Shown here in pieces: positions 28,745-37,220 of a stretch of DNA of 50,811 nt. The DNA lies in NCBI GenBank assembly GCA_031362665.1, contig JANLSY010000185.1, positions 1-50,811 of the forward strand. The letters run 5' to 3'. Source of the stretch: Sphingomonadales bacterium (lineage in GTDB: Bacteria; Pseudomonadota; Alphaproteobacteria; Sphingomonadales; Sphingomonadaceae). The position numbers and the translations under genes were made by a program. Each line of letters begins with the position of its first letter. The first letter of the stretch is position 1. The notes beneath the pieces are model-generated. The model was not told the origin of the DNA and made no database searches. It worked only from the letters and a program-made list of their open reading frames with translations.

Positions 28745-29293
28745 TCAGATTCGTTTCGAAACCGCAATCGCCGTGCGGCACCCCATCCGGATAATGGCGC
28801 TCATCAATGGATAGGCAGGTGCCCGCTCCGCACCTTCCGCCAATGCTGTCGCCTTGTGCTCCAGCTCATCCGCCTGAAAGTCCAAGACCATCGCCGACAG
28901 CTCGGGTTCGCTATCCCCCAGTTCGACAAGCTGTTCCGAATAATGGCGGTCAATTTCGGTTTCGACAGCAACGGTACACGCCATCGCAGCTTCGGGACCG
29001 ATGGCGGCAGTTACTGCACCCAAAGCGAAACCGGCGACATCCCAGATTGGCTGCAGCGCTGTCGGACGAATGCCGCGTTCGGCCATCATCTTGTCGAACG
29101 CAGACAAATGACGTTCTTCCTGCTCGGCCATATGTGCGATACTGCGCGCGGCAGGGGTACGATCGCCCATTACCGCCAGTTGCCCGGCATAGATGCGTTT
29201 CGCCCCGAATTCACCGGCCTGATTGACGCGGATCATGCTCGCGATGGCGTCGGAACGCTGCGCGGCGGTTTTCAGATTTTGGGGCTTTTCCAT
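28745..29293 (-). CDS. coq7: Demethoxyubiquinone hydroxylase (di-iron)
   Basis: MIRVNQAGEFGA..YAGQ, EERH, VETEIDRHY, DELEH. Confidence 0.93.
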   Translation of the reverse strand: MEKPQNLKTAAQRSDAIASMIRVNQAGEFGAKRIYAGQLAVMGDRTPAARSIAHMAEQEERHLSAFDKMMAERGIRPTALQPIWDVAGFALGAVTAAIGPEAAMACTVAVETEIDRHYSEQLVELGDSEPELSAMVLDFQADELEHKATALAEGAERAPAYPLMSAIIRMGCRTAIAVSKRI

Positions 29294-29751
29294 ATCATAG
29301 CGAGAATGGCGATTGAACCGCCAACCGACAAGAGGAAATTATAGCCTGCAAGCGAAATGCCAAACAAAGTCCACGGCGCTACGTCGCAGCGGATGAGCGG
29401 CGCGTTCATGATCGACTTCAAAAGATCCTCGCCTGAACCCGAGACCGAACTGGTGCATTTGGTCAAACCTTCCCACCAGCCATATTCGACACCGGCATGA
29501 AACCCGCCGATCAGGCCACTGGTAAGGATGCCCAAGGCGGCCAGCGCGACCAGCGCATGACGATAGGGCGGATTGAGGACGAAAAAGGCGACGAAGGCAG
29601 TTACCACGGCCTCAAAATGCGGATAACGCTGCCACCAGCACATTTCACAGGGGTACAGCCCGCCCAAATATTGCGAGCCATAGGCACCCGCGAGAAGCGC
29701 GGCAGGCAACAGAAACGCCAGCCAGTGCGCCAAACCAAATCGTGACATCAT
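29272..29751 (-). CDS. dsbB: Disulfide bond formation protein B family
   Basis: PCEMCWWQR, HAGVEYGWW, second Cys pair, four TM segments. Confidence 0.88.
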   Translation of the reverse strand: MMSRFGLAHWLAFLLPAALLAGAYGSQYLGGLYPCEMCWWQRYPHFEAVVTAFVAFFVLNPPYRHALVALAALGILTSGLIGGFHAGVEYGWWEGLTKCTSSVSGSGEDLLKSIMNAPLIRCDVAPWTLFGISLAGYNFLLSVGGSIAILAMIWKSPKI

Positions 29752-29754
29752 GAC

Positions 29755-31125
29755 TTAATTTCGTGCCTTACCCTTTGGCGCAGGCTTTTCGGCGAGCTTC
29801 ATTGTTTTCGAGCCCAGCCGGTTGAGTGTTTCCATCGCATAATGCAGCTGGAAATCCTCGATGCCCTTTGCCTTTAACTGCTCGGCGGTCATCGTGAAGC
29901 GGGGATCGTCGGCGATATCCTCTTCGAGTTCCTTCGCGTCGTCGGTGATTTCATTGACGAGGTGACGGCGAAGGTCGGTTTCGCGAATGGCGACTCGCTT
30001 CTTGTAGTCGGGGTCCGAAAGCTGAGGCACCTGGATATCGGGCTTAATCCCACCTTCCTGCACCGAACGGCCCGAAGGCAGGTGGTAACGCGCGACTGTA
30101 AGACGGAGGCCGGTGTCGCGAGTCAGCGGCAACACATTCTGGACGCTGCCCTTGCCAAAGCTGCGCTCCCCCATGACAAGGCCACGATGATGGTCCTGTA
30201 ATGCACCGGCAACGATTTCGGAGGCAGAGGCAGAGCCTGCATCGACCAGAACGATAATCGGCGCACCGCCAGTCACGTCGCCGGGAACCGCGCGTTCGGC
30301 CCACCAGCGTTCGATGTCTTTTTTGTCACGGCCGCGTTCGGAAACGATTTCGCCTTCAGACAGAAATGCGTCGGAAACGGCGACTGCTTCATCAAGAATC
30401 CCGCCCGGGTTGGAGCGCAGATCGACAATATAGCCAAGCGGTTTGCCGCCCAAAGATTTCTTGATGCTCGATACCGCCGAAACGACGTCAGCGCCGGTTT
30501 CTTCAGAAAAGCCGGTGATAGTGATGAGTCCGATGCGATCTTTAACTTCCCATTGAACTGGTTTGAGATCGATGATTGCGCGCGTGACGGTGACATCGAA
30601 TGGCGCATCGCGGCCCGGGCGGACGATAGTCAGCTTGATCGAGGTACCCGGAACGCCGCGCATAGCCTCGACGGCTTCGTCGAGGGTGCCGCCATAAATC
30701 AGCTTGCCATCGAGATGCGTGATATAGTCGCCCGATTTGATCCCGGCCTTGTCAGCTGGCGTGTCCTTGGTAGGAGCGATTACCTTGACCGCTTCATCCT
30801 CGAGCGTCACCGACAGTCCAAGACCGCCATATTCACCGTCTATCTGGGTCTGCAAATTGCTGAAATCGGATTTATTCAGGAAGCCGCTGTGCGGATCGAG
30901 GCTGGCGAGCATCCCCTGGATCGCGCCTTCCATCAATTGCTTGTCTTCGACCTTGTCGACATAGCTCGACTTGACCTTCTTGTAGACGGCAAGGAACTCC
31001 TCAAGCTCGCGGAACTGGTCGGCCTGCGCTTGCTTTTGCTGCGCGCTTTGCGCCAGTAGCACGGTGGCAGGTACGCTGATTGCAAGCGCCAAAGCGATAG
31101 TCGAGGGCAGCAGGCGGTTTTTCAT
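29755..31125 (-). CDS. ctpA: S41 carboxy-terminal processing protease
   Basis: LDPHS, PDZ GGLGL, DLRSNPGG, SASASEIVAGAL, SFGKGSVQ. Confidence 0.94.
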   Translation of the reverse strand: MKNRLLPSTIALALAISVPATVLLAQSAQQKQAQADQFRELEEFLAVYKKVKSSYVDKVEDKQLMEGAIQGMLASLDPHSGFLNKSDFSNLQTQIDGEYGGLGLSVTLEDEAVKVIAPTKDTPADKAGIKSGDYITHLDGKLIYGGTLDEAVEAMRGVPGTSIKLTIVRPGRDAPFDVTVTRAIIDLKPVQWEVKDRIGLITITGFSEETGADVVSAVSSIKKSLGGKPLGYIVDLRSNPGGILDEAVAVSDAFLSEGEIVSERGRDKKDIERWWAERAVPGDVTGGAPIIVLVDAGSASASEIVAGALQDHHRGLVMGERSFGKGSVQNVLPLTRDTGLRLTVARYHLPSGRSVQEGGIKPDIQVPQLSDPDYKKRVAIRETDLRRHLVNEITDDAKELEEDIADDPRFTMTAEQLKAKGIEDFQLHYAMETLNRLGSKTMKLAEKPAPKGKARN

Positions 31126-31227
31126 CGGCTAATCCGTTCCTTAAAGCAGGTTGATTCGTATATCGCGCATGAACCTTTGGTGAAAGCGCGTTTACCACGA
31201 AAGCCGGATGCCACCCGACAAGCGTAG

Positions 31228-32394
31228 TTAGTTAAGCAAGGCCGCGATATCCATGACTCTCCCGTTTTTGCGCAACTCGACGCCAATTTCGGGAGTACCG
31301 TCACCCGATGTGCCAAGTACCGCGCCTTGCGCCACAGTTGCGCCTTTGGCGACCTGCACAGCATCGAGACTGGTGATCAGCGTATTCCAGCCATTGCCAT
31401 GTTCGATGATGATGATTTGGCCGTAACTACGATAGCGCCCCGCAAAGCTGACCTTTCCGCCGGCGGGCGCCACTACCGGCGAAGACGCCGCTACCGCCAT
31501 CCTAAGGCCGCGTTCGCGATAGCCGGTAGCGTTGAGTTCGTTAAAACCCGATACGATCGCACCACGCGCCGGCAGGATATAGACCGCTTTACTTGACGTC
31601 TCTCGCACCTCGCCCGATTGCCGGAGAATCGGGCCATCAAGAGCGGCCAGTTCCGCCGCTTTCTCGCTGCTGAGCCGCTGTGTGTCGATGCGCCCGACAA
31701 TGTCGCGCGCGCGTTCGCCTTGCGCAATCGCTTGTTCGAACTCGATCGCAGCATTGGCAGATAAATCGCCCGCCTTGCCGCGCGCATCGCCTTCGAGCCG
31801 TGCCAATGCGGTGCGGCGACTTTTGAGGCGGCTGCGGGCGTCGCCCAATGACCTCAGCGCAACCAGTTCCTGCGCGCGCAACTCGTTCTGCACCGCGATC
31901 TGTTGCCGCAGTGCGCTGGTACGGCGGATTATTTCGGGCTGCACCGTCGCCATCACAGCGCGCAGATGAATATAATCCTCGCGCTGTCCGGGCTGTGCAA
32001 TCATCAGCGCGGTCGGGCGGCTGGTCATTTGCTGGAGCGCGGCGTTGAGGCGGAGCATCGGTTCACTCTCCTGCCCCAGCCTTGAACGCTGCGCGCGTTG
32101 GCGACGGGTAATGATTGCTACGCGGGCGTTGGCGGCCTCTATCTGCGCCTCAGCCGCTGCAATTTCCGCAGACAGCACCGCGCGCTGGGCAACGATACGA
32201 TCGGCGGTGCTGGCGGCATTGCTCGCTTCCTGTCGCAGGAATTCGCTGCGCCTTTCGGCTTTTATTGCTTTTGCCTTGGCTTCGCGCAAAGCCTTTTGCT
32301 CGGTATCGAGTGACGGTGCGCTTTGCGCCATCAACGCGCCCGCTACGCTCAAAGGCGCAACGGCGAGGAGGGATAGGGTTATGGCAAGCCGCAT
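31228..32394 (-). CDS. envC: EnvC-like murein hydrolase activator (coiled coil plus degenerate M23)
   Basis: Signal peptide, long coiled coil, C-terminal LytM-like segment (YGQIIIIEHG) lacking Zn ligands; position between rlmH and ctpA. Confidence 0.8.
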   Translation of the reverse strand: MRLAITLSLLAVAPLSVAGALMAQSAPSLDTEQKALREAKAKAIKAERRSEFLRQEASNAASTADRIVAQRAVLSAEIAAAEAQIEAANARVAIITRRQRAQRSRLGQESEPMLRLNAALQQMTSRPTALMIAQPGQREDYIHLRAVMATVQPEIIRRTSALRQQIAVQNELRAQELVALRSLGDARSRLKSRRTALARLEGDARGKAGDLSANAAIEFEQAIAQGERARDIVGRIDTQRLSSEKAAELAALDGPILRQSGEVRETSSKAVYILPARGAIVSGFNELNATGYRERGLRMAVAASSPVVAPAGGKVSFAGRYRSYGQIIIIEHGNGWNTLITSLDAVQVAKGATVAQGAVLGTSGDGTPEIGVELRKNGRVMDIAALLN

Positions 32395-32398
32395 GGTC

Positions 32399-32821
32399 CT
32401 ATCCTTCACGATGATAGGGGTGGTTGGCAATGATAGATGTCGCACGGAAGAGCTGTTCAGCAAGCATCGCCCGCGCCATCAAATGCGGCCAAGTAGCTTT
32501 GCCAAAGGCGATGAGTCGGTCCGCCCCTGCCCGCTCGGCATCGCCAAAGCCGTCCGCAGCACCAATCAGGAATCGTACCTCGCGCACGCCATCGTCGCGC
32601 CAGCGCTCTAGCAGGCGTGCGAGTTCGACCGACCCAAGCTGGTGGCCTTTTTCGTCCAAAATGATGGTTTTGAACGGCGCATCAGAGGCAGGAAGTTCGC
32701 CGCCCCGATCAGGCAGTTCGCTATGTTTCACCGGCCAGCTTATCCGCTTCAAATAACGGTCGACGAGGTCAGCCTCGGGCGATCGGCTGATCTTGCCGCG
32801 CGCGAGGATATGCAGGCGCAT
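32399..32821 (-). CDS. rlmH: 23S rRNA pseudouridine-1915 N3-methyltransferase
   Basis: LDEKG, FLIGAADG, TWPHLMARAMLAEQLFRA..HPYHR. Confidence 0.96.
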   Translation of the reverse strand: MRLHILARGKISRSPEADLVDRYLKRISWPVKHSELPDRGGELPASDAPFKTIILDEKGHQLGSVELARLLERWRDDGVREVRFLIGAADGFGDAERAGADRLIAFGKATWPHLMARAMLAEQLFRATSIIANHPYHREG

Positions 32822-32845
32822 CGCCATGTGCGCCCTTAGAAGCTG

Positions 32846-33241
32846 TTAAGCCTGCGCGACTTCAGGTGCGTCGCCGAAGGCCCACATGCGTTCCAGATTA
32901 TAGAAGCTGCGCACTTCGGGGCGGAACAGGTGGACGATCACATCCTCGGCGTCGATCAGCACCCAGTCAGCCGAAGGCAAGCCTTCGATCCGCGCATGGC
33001 GACCGGCTTTCTTGATACGTTCGGCAAGTTTCTGCGCCATCGATGCAACCTGCCGCGACGAACGACCGGAAGCGACGACCATATGGTCGGCGATATTGCT
33101 TTTGCCTTCCAAGGGAATGGTGACGACTTCCTGTGCCTGATCGTCGTCCAGCGACTGGAGGATGAGGGCATGGAGCGCGTCGGGGCTCAATGATGATCCC
33201 TTGGCCGTTACGGGCGCGGGGACGGAGGCAGTTTCGATCAA
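32846..33241 (-). CDS. rsfS: Ribosome silencing factor
   Basis: IADHMVVASGRSSRQV, DWVLID, VHLF..RSFYNLERMW. Confidence 0.96.
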   Translation of the reverse strand: MIETASVPAPVTAKGSSLSPDALHALILQSLDDDQAQEVVTIPLEGKSNIADHMVVASGRSSRQVASMAQKLAERIKKAGRHARIEGLPSADWVLIDAEDVIVHLFRPEVRSFYNLERMWAFGDAPEVAQA

Positions 33242-33250
33242 GTTTGCTCC

Positions 33251-33880
33251 TTAAGAGACAAGTTTGCGGGTAACGCCGTCACGCGTTCCAAGTTCCTTAT
33301 ATCGGTTAAACCAATATGGGTCGGCGCGGCGTATCGCGGTTGCCGAACGGGGATCTGGACGAAAGCGCAAAAAGACAAGCGCTGGCGTACTCCACTTTGT
33401 CCAGTGATGACGCTGGTCCGGACGCCGGACAAACCGTCTGAACCAGGCCATTGCGGGACCCGCAATCGCAAGGGCACCATAGCCGGGTCTGGCGATAACT
33501 GCAATCGGCATCAAACGCGCTAAGTCACGCCAGCGTTTCCAGTGATGAAATTGCAACAGATTATCCGCGCCCATGATCCAGATGAAACGGACTTTGGGAT
33601 AGCGCGCAGTCAATGTGCGCAATGTATCGACGGTGTAGACGGTACCCAATTCGCGCTCGATTGCCGTCGCTTTAATCGGGCTGCGGCGTGCCTGCGCCTT
33701 CGCTGACGCGAGACGTGCCGGCAGCGGTGCCATGTCTTTTTTCGGCTTTAGCGGATTGCCCGGCGAGACCATCCACCAGAATTCGTCGAGACCCAAAGCG
33801 TCAGTCGCAAACAGGCTAATCGCCCGGTGTCCGCCATGTGCGGGGTTGAACGAGCCGCCCATCAGGCCAATGGTTTTCAA
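33251..33880 (-). CDS. nadD: Nicotinate-nucleotide adenylyltransferase
   Basis: GGSFNPAHGGH, WIMGADN, SATAIR; TTG 33880 overlaps the proA stop. Confidence 0.94.
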   Translation of the reverse strand: MKTIGLMGGSFNPAHGGHRAISLFATDALGLDEFWWMVSPGNPLKPKKDMAPLPARLASAKAQARRSPIKATAIERELGTVYTVDTLRTLTARYPKVRFIWIMGADNLLQFHHWKRWRDLARLMPIAVIARPGYGALAIAGPAMAWFRRFVRRPDQRHHWTKWSTPALVFLRFRPDPRSATAIRRADPYWFNRYKELGTRDGVTRKLVS

Positions 33881-35130
33881 GGCCGGGTCTGCCCCTGACC
33901 GTGGACCAGCCATTTGTAGGTTGTCAGCCCTTCAAGCGCGACCGGGCCGCGGGCATGTAGCCGGCCCGTCGCAATGCCGATCTCTGCGCCGAGCCCAAAT
34001 TCGCCGCCGTCGGCATATTGGGTCGAGGCGTTGTGCATGACGATGGCGCTGTCCACCGTTGCGAGGAAGTCGGCAGCGATGTCTTCGTTTTGCGTTATAA
34101 TCGCGTCGGTATGATGCGAACCGTGCCGCGCGATATGCTCCATCGCTTCTTCGGGGCCTGACACGACGCGAGCTGAAATGACCGAATCGAGGTATTCGGT
34201 ATCCCAGTCCGAATCATCGGCCGACACAGTACGCGCATCGAGTTCCATCAACATGTCATCGGCGCGCACTTCACAGCCGGCACCGATCAGCGCCGATATC
34301 AGCTCAGCAGGCGCGCCATAATCCTGATCGATGAGCAAGGTTTCGGTCGCGCCGCAAATGCCCGTACGCCGCATCTTGGAATTGACGATGATCGCCTTTG
34401 CCATCGCGGGATCGGCATCCTTATGGACATAGACGTGGTTGATGCCGTCCAGATGCGCAAGGACAGGTACCCGCGCTTCGTCCTGAACGCGGGCTACGAG
34501 CGACTTGCCACCGCGCGGGATGATCATGTCGATAGCGCCTTGCGCACGCAACATCGCGCCGACCGCCGCGCGATCCTGCGTTGGAACCAGTTGCACGGCA
34601 TCGGCCGGCAGACCGGCGGCTGTGATGCCTTCGACCATCGCCGCGTGGATGGCGCGGTTACTGTTCACTGCCTCGCTCCCACCGCGCAGGATGACCGCGT
34701 TGCCCGAGCGAAGGCCAAGCGCGGCTGCGTCAGCGGTCACATTGGGGCGGCTTTCGTAAATGATGCCGAGCACGCCGATGGGGACGCGGATGCGTTGCAT
34801 CTTCAGGCCGTTCGGTTGGGTATGTGAGTCGATAATCTCTCCGACTGGATCGGCGAGAACAGCCACCTGCTCGACGGCGGCGGCAATGCCTGCAATCCGG
34901 CCCTCATCAAGTTTGAGCCGGTCGAGCATTCCGCCCGAAAGACCGGCCTTCTCGCCTGCCTCCATATCAATGGCATTTGCCGCGATAATTACGCTCGATC
35001 GTTCACGCAGGACAGACCCGGCCCGTTTTAGCGCATCGGTTTTGTCAGCATCGCTCGCACGAGCCAGTACACGCGCAGCGGCACGCGCCTTTCCGGTCAT
35101 GGCGATGATCAAGGTTTCAGGGTCGTTCAT
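33877..35130 (-). CDS. proA: Gamma-glutamyl phosphate reductase
   Basis: IIYESRPNVT, IPRGG, ICGATET, NASTQYADG..GAEIGIAT..HARGP; start at MNDPE (35130). Confidence 0.97.
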   Translation of the reverse strand: MNDPETLIIAMTGKARAAARVLARASDADKTDALKRAGSVLRERSSVIIAANAIDMEAGEKAGLSGGMLDRLKLDEGRIAGIAAAVEQVAVLADPVGEIIDSHTQPNGLKMQRIRVPIGVLGIIYESRPNVTADAAALGLRSGNAVILRGGSEAVNSNRAIHAAMVEGITAAGLPADAVQLVPTQDRAAVGAMLRAQGAIDMIIPRGGKSLVARVQDEARVPVLAHLDGINHVYVHKDADPAMAKAIIVNSKMRRTGICGATETLLIDQDYGAPAELISALIGAGCEVRADDMLMELDARTVSADDSDWDTEYLDSVISARVVSGPEEAMEHIARHGSHHTDAIITQNEDIAADFLATVDSAIVMHNASTQYADGGEFGLGAEIGIATGRLHARGPVALEGLTTYKWLVHGQGQTRP

Positions 35131-35420
35131 TGCCCAATGCTCGTAGAGAAACGGTGGAAAAAGGGGAAGTGCCGGGACAAAAAAGCACCAAGCTGCTCTA
35201 TGCGAAAATCGAATCGCCATCATCGCACTGTATTTATGTGATTTTATTTTAAAGAGATTTTCGCGCTATTAGATTCAGCGACCGATTTTAACCATCTGGA
35301 TAACGTTTTCCACAACTCACCGTGCGACTCCACCGACTCGTCACGAGTCGCCCGAAACCGATTCGCAAGCGCTTTGTTCCTCTGCTAGGCGCGCTCTCAC
35401 AAATAATAACGGGGTGGGTC

Positions 35421-36596
35421 GTGTCGCTACAGACCAGAATGACCGGTTGGCAAAACCGGATCGCTGGATGGTTTATTGACCGCGAGTTTTTCATGCGCGC
35501 CAATGGCCAAGTCCGGTTCTTGAAGATATCTGCGCAATTGCAACGTCGTGTTGCAGGGTCGGTCGCGCTCGTCGTCGGCGTATGGCTGATTGTTACGCTC
35601 GGTATGGCGATCAACCAGGTCAGCGTAACTATCGAACGCATGGCGCTCAGCGAAAAGCAGGCAAAGATCGAATCCGCCGAGGAACGCGTCGCCAATTATC
35701 GCGGATCGATTGATGAGGTTACCGCCGATCTGGAACGCCGCCAGAAAATGCTTGAATCACTAAGCGAGCAATATCTCGACGAAGTGCCTGCTGCGGAACC
35801 CGCTGCCACGACGGAAGAAGACAAGGCAGTCAAAAAGATCAGTGCACTGGTGCCTGAAGCCGCCGGGCTTGCGCAGATCGAAGCGCGCCAAATCCGCTTT
35901 ACGGAATTGATGACGCGCGTTGCGTTGGCGCGGACACAGAAAGCCGAAGCCGCTATCCGCCAGTTCGGCCTCAATCCTGACGTGCTCGCGCGGCAGGCAG
36001 ACAGCGCACAAGGTGGTCCGTTTGAGTCTTTCTTCGGCAACGGCAAAAAGGACGTTCGCGATCCGCGCTTCCTGAAACTCGCCAATTCGCTTGGCCGTAT
36101 GGACGCCATGGAACGCGCATTGGCTGCAATCCCGACCTCTATGCCCGCTGCCGTCATGATGATGTCGAGCGGTTTCGGCTATCGCAGCGACCCCTTTACC
36201 GGCGCTGGTGCGATGCACGCCGGTCTCGATTTCAAGGGCCCTGTTGGAACGCCGATCCTTGCTGCAGCGGAAGGCAAGGTAACCTCGGTCGGTGCGCAGG
36301 GCGGTTATGGTAACTGCATCGAAATCACCCATGCTAACGGTCTGGTAACGCGTTATGCTCACTTGTCGGGCTTCAACGTTAGAAATGGTCAAAAGATCGA
36401 TCGTGGTGTACAGATCGGGCGGATGGGAAGCACGGGGCGTTCGACCGGCAGCCATCTGCATTTCGAAGTTCGCCTGAACGGGCAGGCCATAAACCCACGC
36501 AAATTCCTGGAGGCAAATTCAGATGTTCTCGAAATCCAAGCCATCGCCGGAGGTCGCACCGATGATCCCGCAGGGCGCAAATTCGCAAAGAGGTAA
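35421..36596 (+). CDS. Membrane-anchored M23 endopeptidase (LmdC-like: N-terminal cytoplasmic segment, TM, coiled coil, M23)
   Basis: REFFMRANGQVRFL, TM helix, HAGLD and HLH Zn motifs; directly upstream of a bactofilin; GTG 35421 is the likely start. Confidence 0.9.
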   Translation: MSLQTRMTGWQNRIAGWFIDREFFMRANGQVRFLKISAQLQRRVAGSVALVVGVWLIVTLGMAINQVSVTIERMALSEKQAKIESAEERVANYRGSIDEVTADLERRQKMLESLSEQYLDEVPAAEPAATTEEDKAVKKISALVPEAAGLAQIEARQIRFTELMTRVALARTQKAEAAIRQFGLNPDVLARQADSAQGGPFESFFGNGKKDVRDPRFLKLANSLGRMDAMERALAAIPTSMPAAVMMMSSGFGYRSDPFTGAGAMHAGLDFKGPVGTPILAAAEGKVTSVGAQGGYGNCIEITHANGLVTRYAHLSGFNVRNGQKIDRGVQIGRMGSTGRSTGSHLHFEVRLNGQAINPRKFLEANSDVLEIQAIAGGRTDDPAGRKFAKR

Positions 36597-37017
36597 CAAC
36601 CGTATGGCAAATTCAGGCCACACTTTCTCGATCATCGCTTCGGACGTCGAAATTGTCGGCAACCTTAACGCACGTGTCGATTTACATATCGACGGCAAGG
36701 TTATGGGCGATGTGACCTGCGGTAGCATCGTTCAAGGCGAGGGTAGCATTATTGCAGGCAAGGTCACAGCTGAGTCGGCTAAGTTATCGGGTAAAGTCGA
36801 AGGCTCTATTGAAGCCAATGACCTAGTCATCGAAGCCAGCGCGCGGATTATCGGCGATGTCGTGTATAACAACCTCACCATCGCACCGGGTGGTCAAGTT
36901 GAAGGCAAGTTCAAGCACAAATCGTCTGGTGGGGTTCCAAGCATTGCCCGCACCACGGTCGATGTTAGCAAGGTCGCCGATCCGCTGATACTCGGCTCCG
37001 AGTCAAAAGTCGCGTAA
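36523..37017 (+). CDS. Bactofilin (polymer-forming cytoskeletal protein)
   Basis: Beta-helix repeats (SIIASDVEIVGNL..LHIDGKVMGDV..); N-terminal MFSK peptide; overlaps the M23 gene by 74 nt. Confidence 0.93.
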   Translation: MFSKSKPSPEVAPMIPQGANSQRGNNRMANSGHTFSIIASDVEIVGNLNARVDLHIDGKVMGDVTCGSIVQGEGSIIAGKVTAESAKLSGKVEGSIEANDLVIEASARIIGDVVYNNLTIAPGGQVEGKFKHKSSGGVPSIARTTVDVSKVADPLILGSESKVA

Positions 37018-37043
37018 GGCAACCCATCAAATTGTACCGCTGC

Positions 37044-37076
37044 AAAGGCCGTCCTTTTGGGCGGCCTTTTTCTTTT
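37044..37076 (+). terminator. Intrinsic terminator after bactofilin
   Basis: AAAGGCCGTCC-TTTT-GGGCGGCCTTT followed by TTCTTTT. Confidence 0.85.
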
Positions 37077-37100
37077 GAACTTCTGCGATAATCTAGGAAT

Positions 37101-37134
37101 CAAAATCGGCCCGAACCATTTCTGGTCCGGGCCG
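37101..37134 (-). terminator. Terminator of the glnK-amtB transcript
   Basis: Minus strand CGGCCCGGACCA-GAAA-TGGTTCGGGCCG-ATTTTG: 12-bp stem with GNRA loop. Confidence 0.75.
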
Positions 37135-37210
37135 TAAGGTGGATGTTCGCGGGAGGAACACCGGGAGGAGGCGGGGCGTTAAAGGAGAGGAGAGAACGTC
37201 CCGCCGCCAA
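37101..37210 (-). ncRNA. Candidate amtB 3'UTR sRNA with anti-SD (CUCC) loops
   Basis: Minus strand: GGCGGGACGTT[CTCTCCTCTCCTTT]AACGCCCCGCC-TCCTCCC-GGTGTTC[CTCCCGC]GAACATCC, then the terminator. Confidence 0.6.
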
Positions 37211-37220
37211 GCTTTGAAAC

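Noticed and set aside
31228-32394. Third active M23 peptidase
   Set aside because: HxxxD and HxH zinc ligands are missing, consistent with catalytically inactive EnvC.
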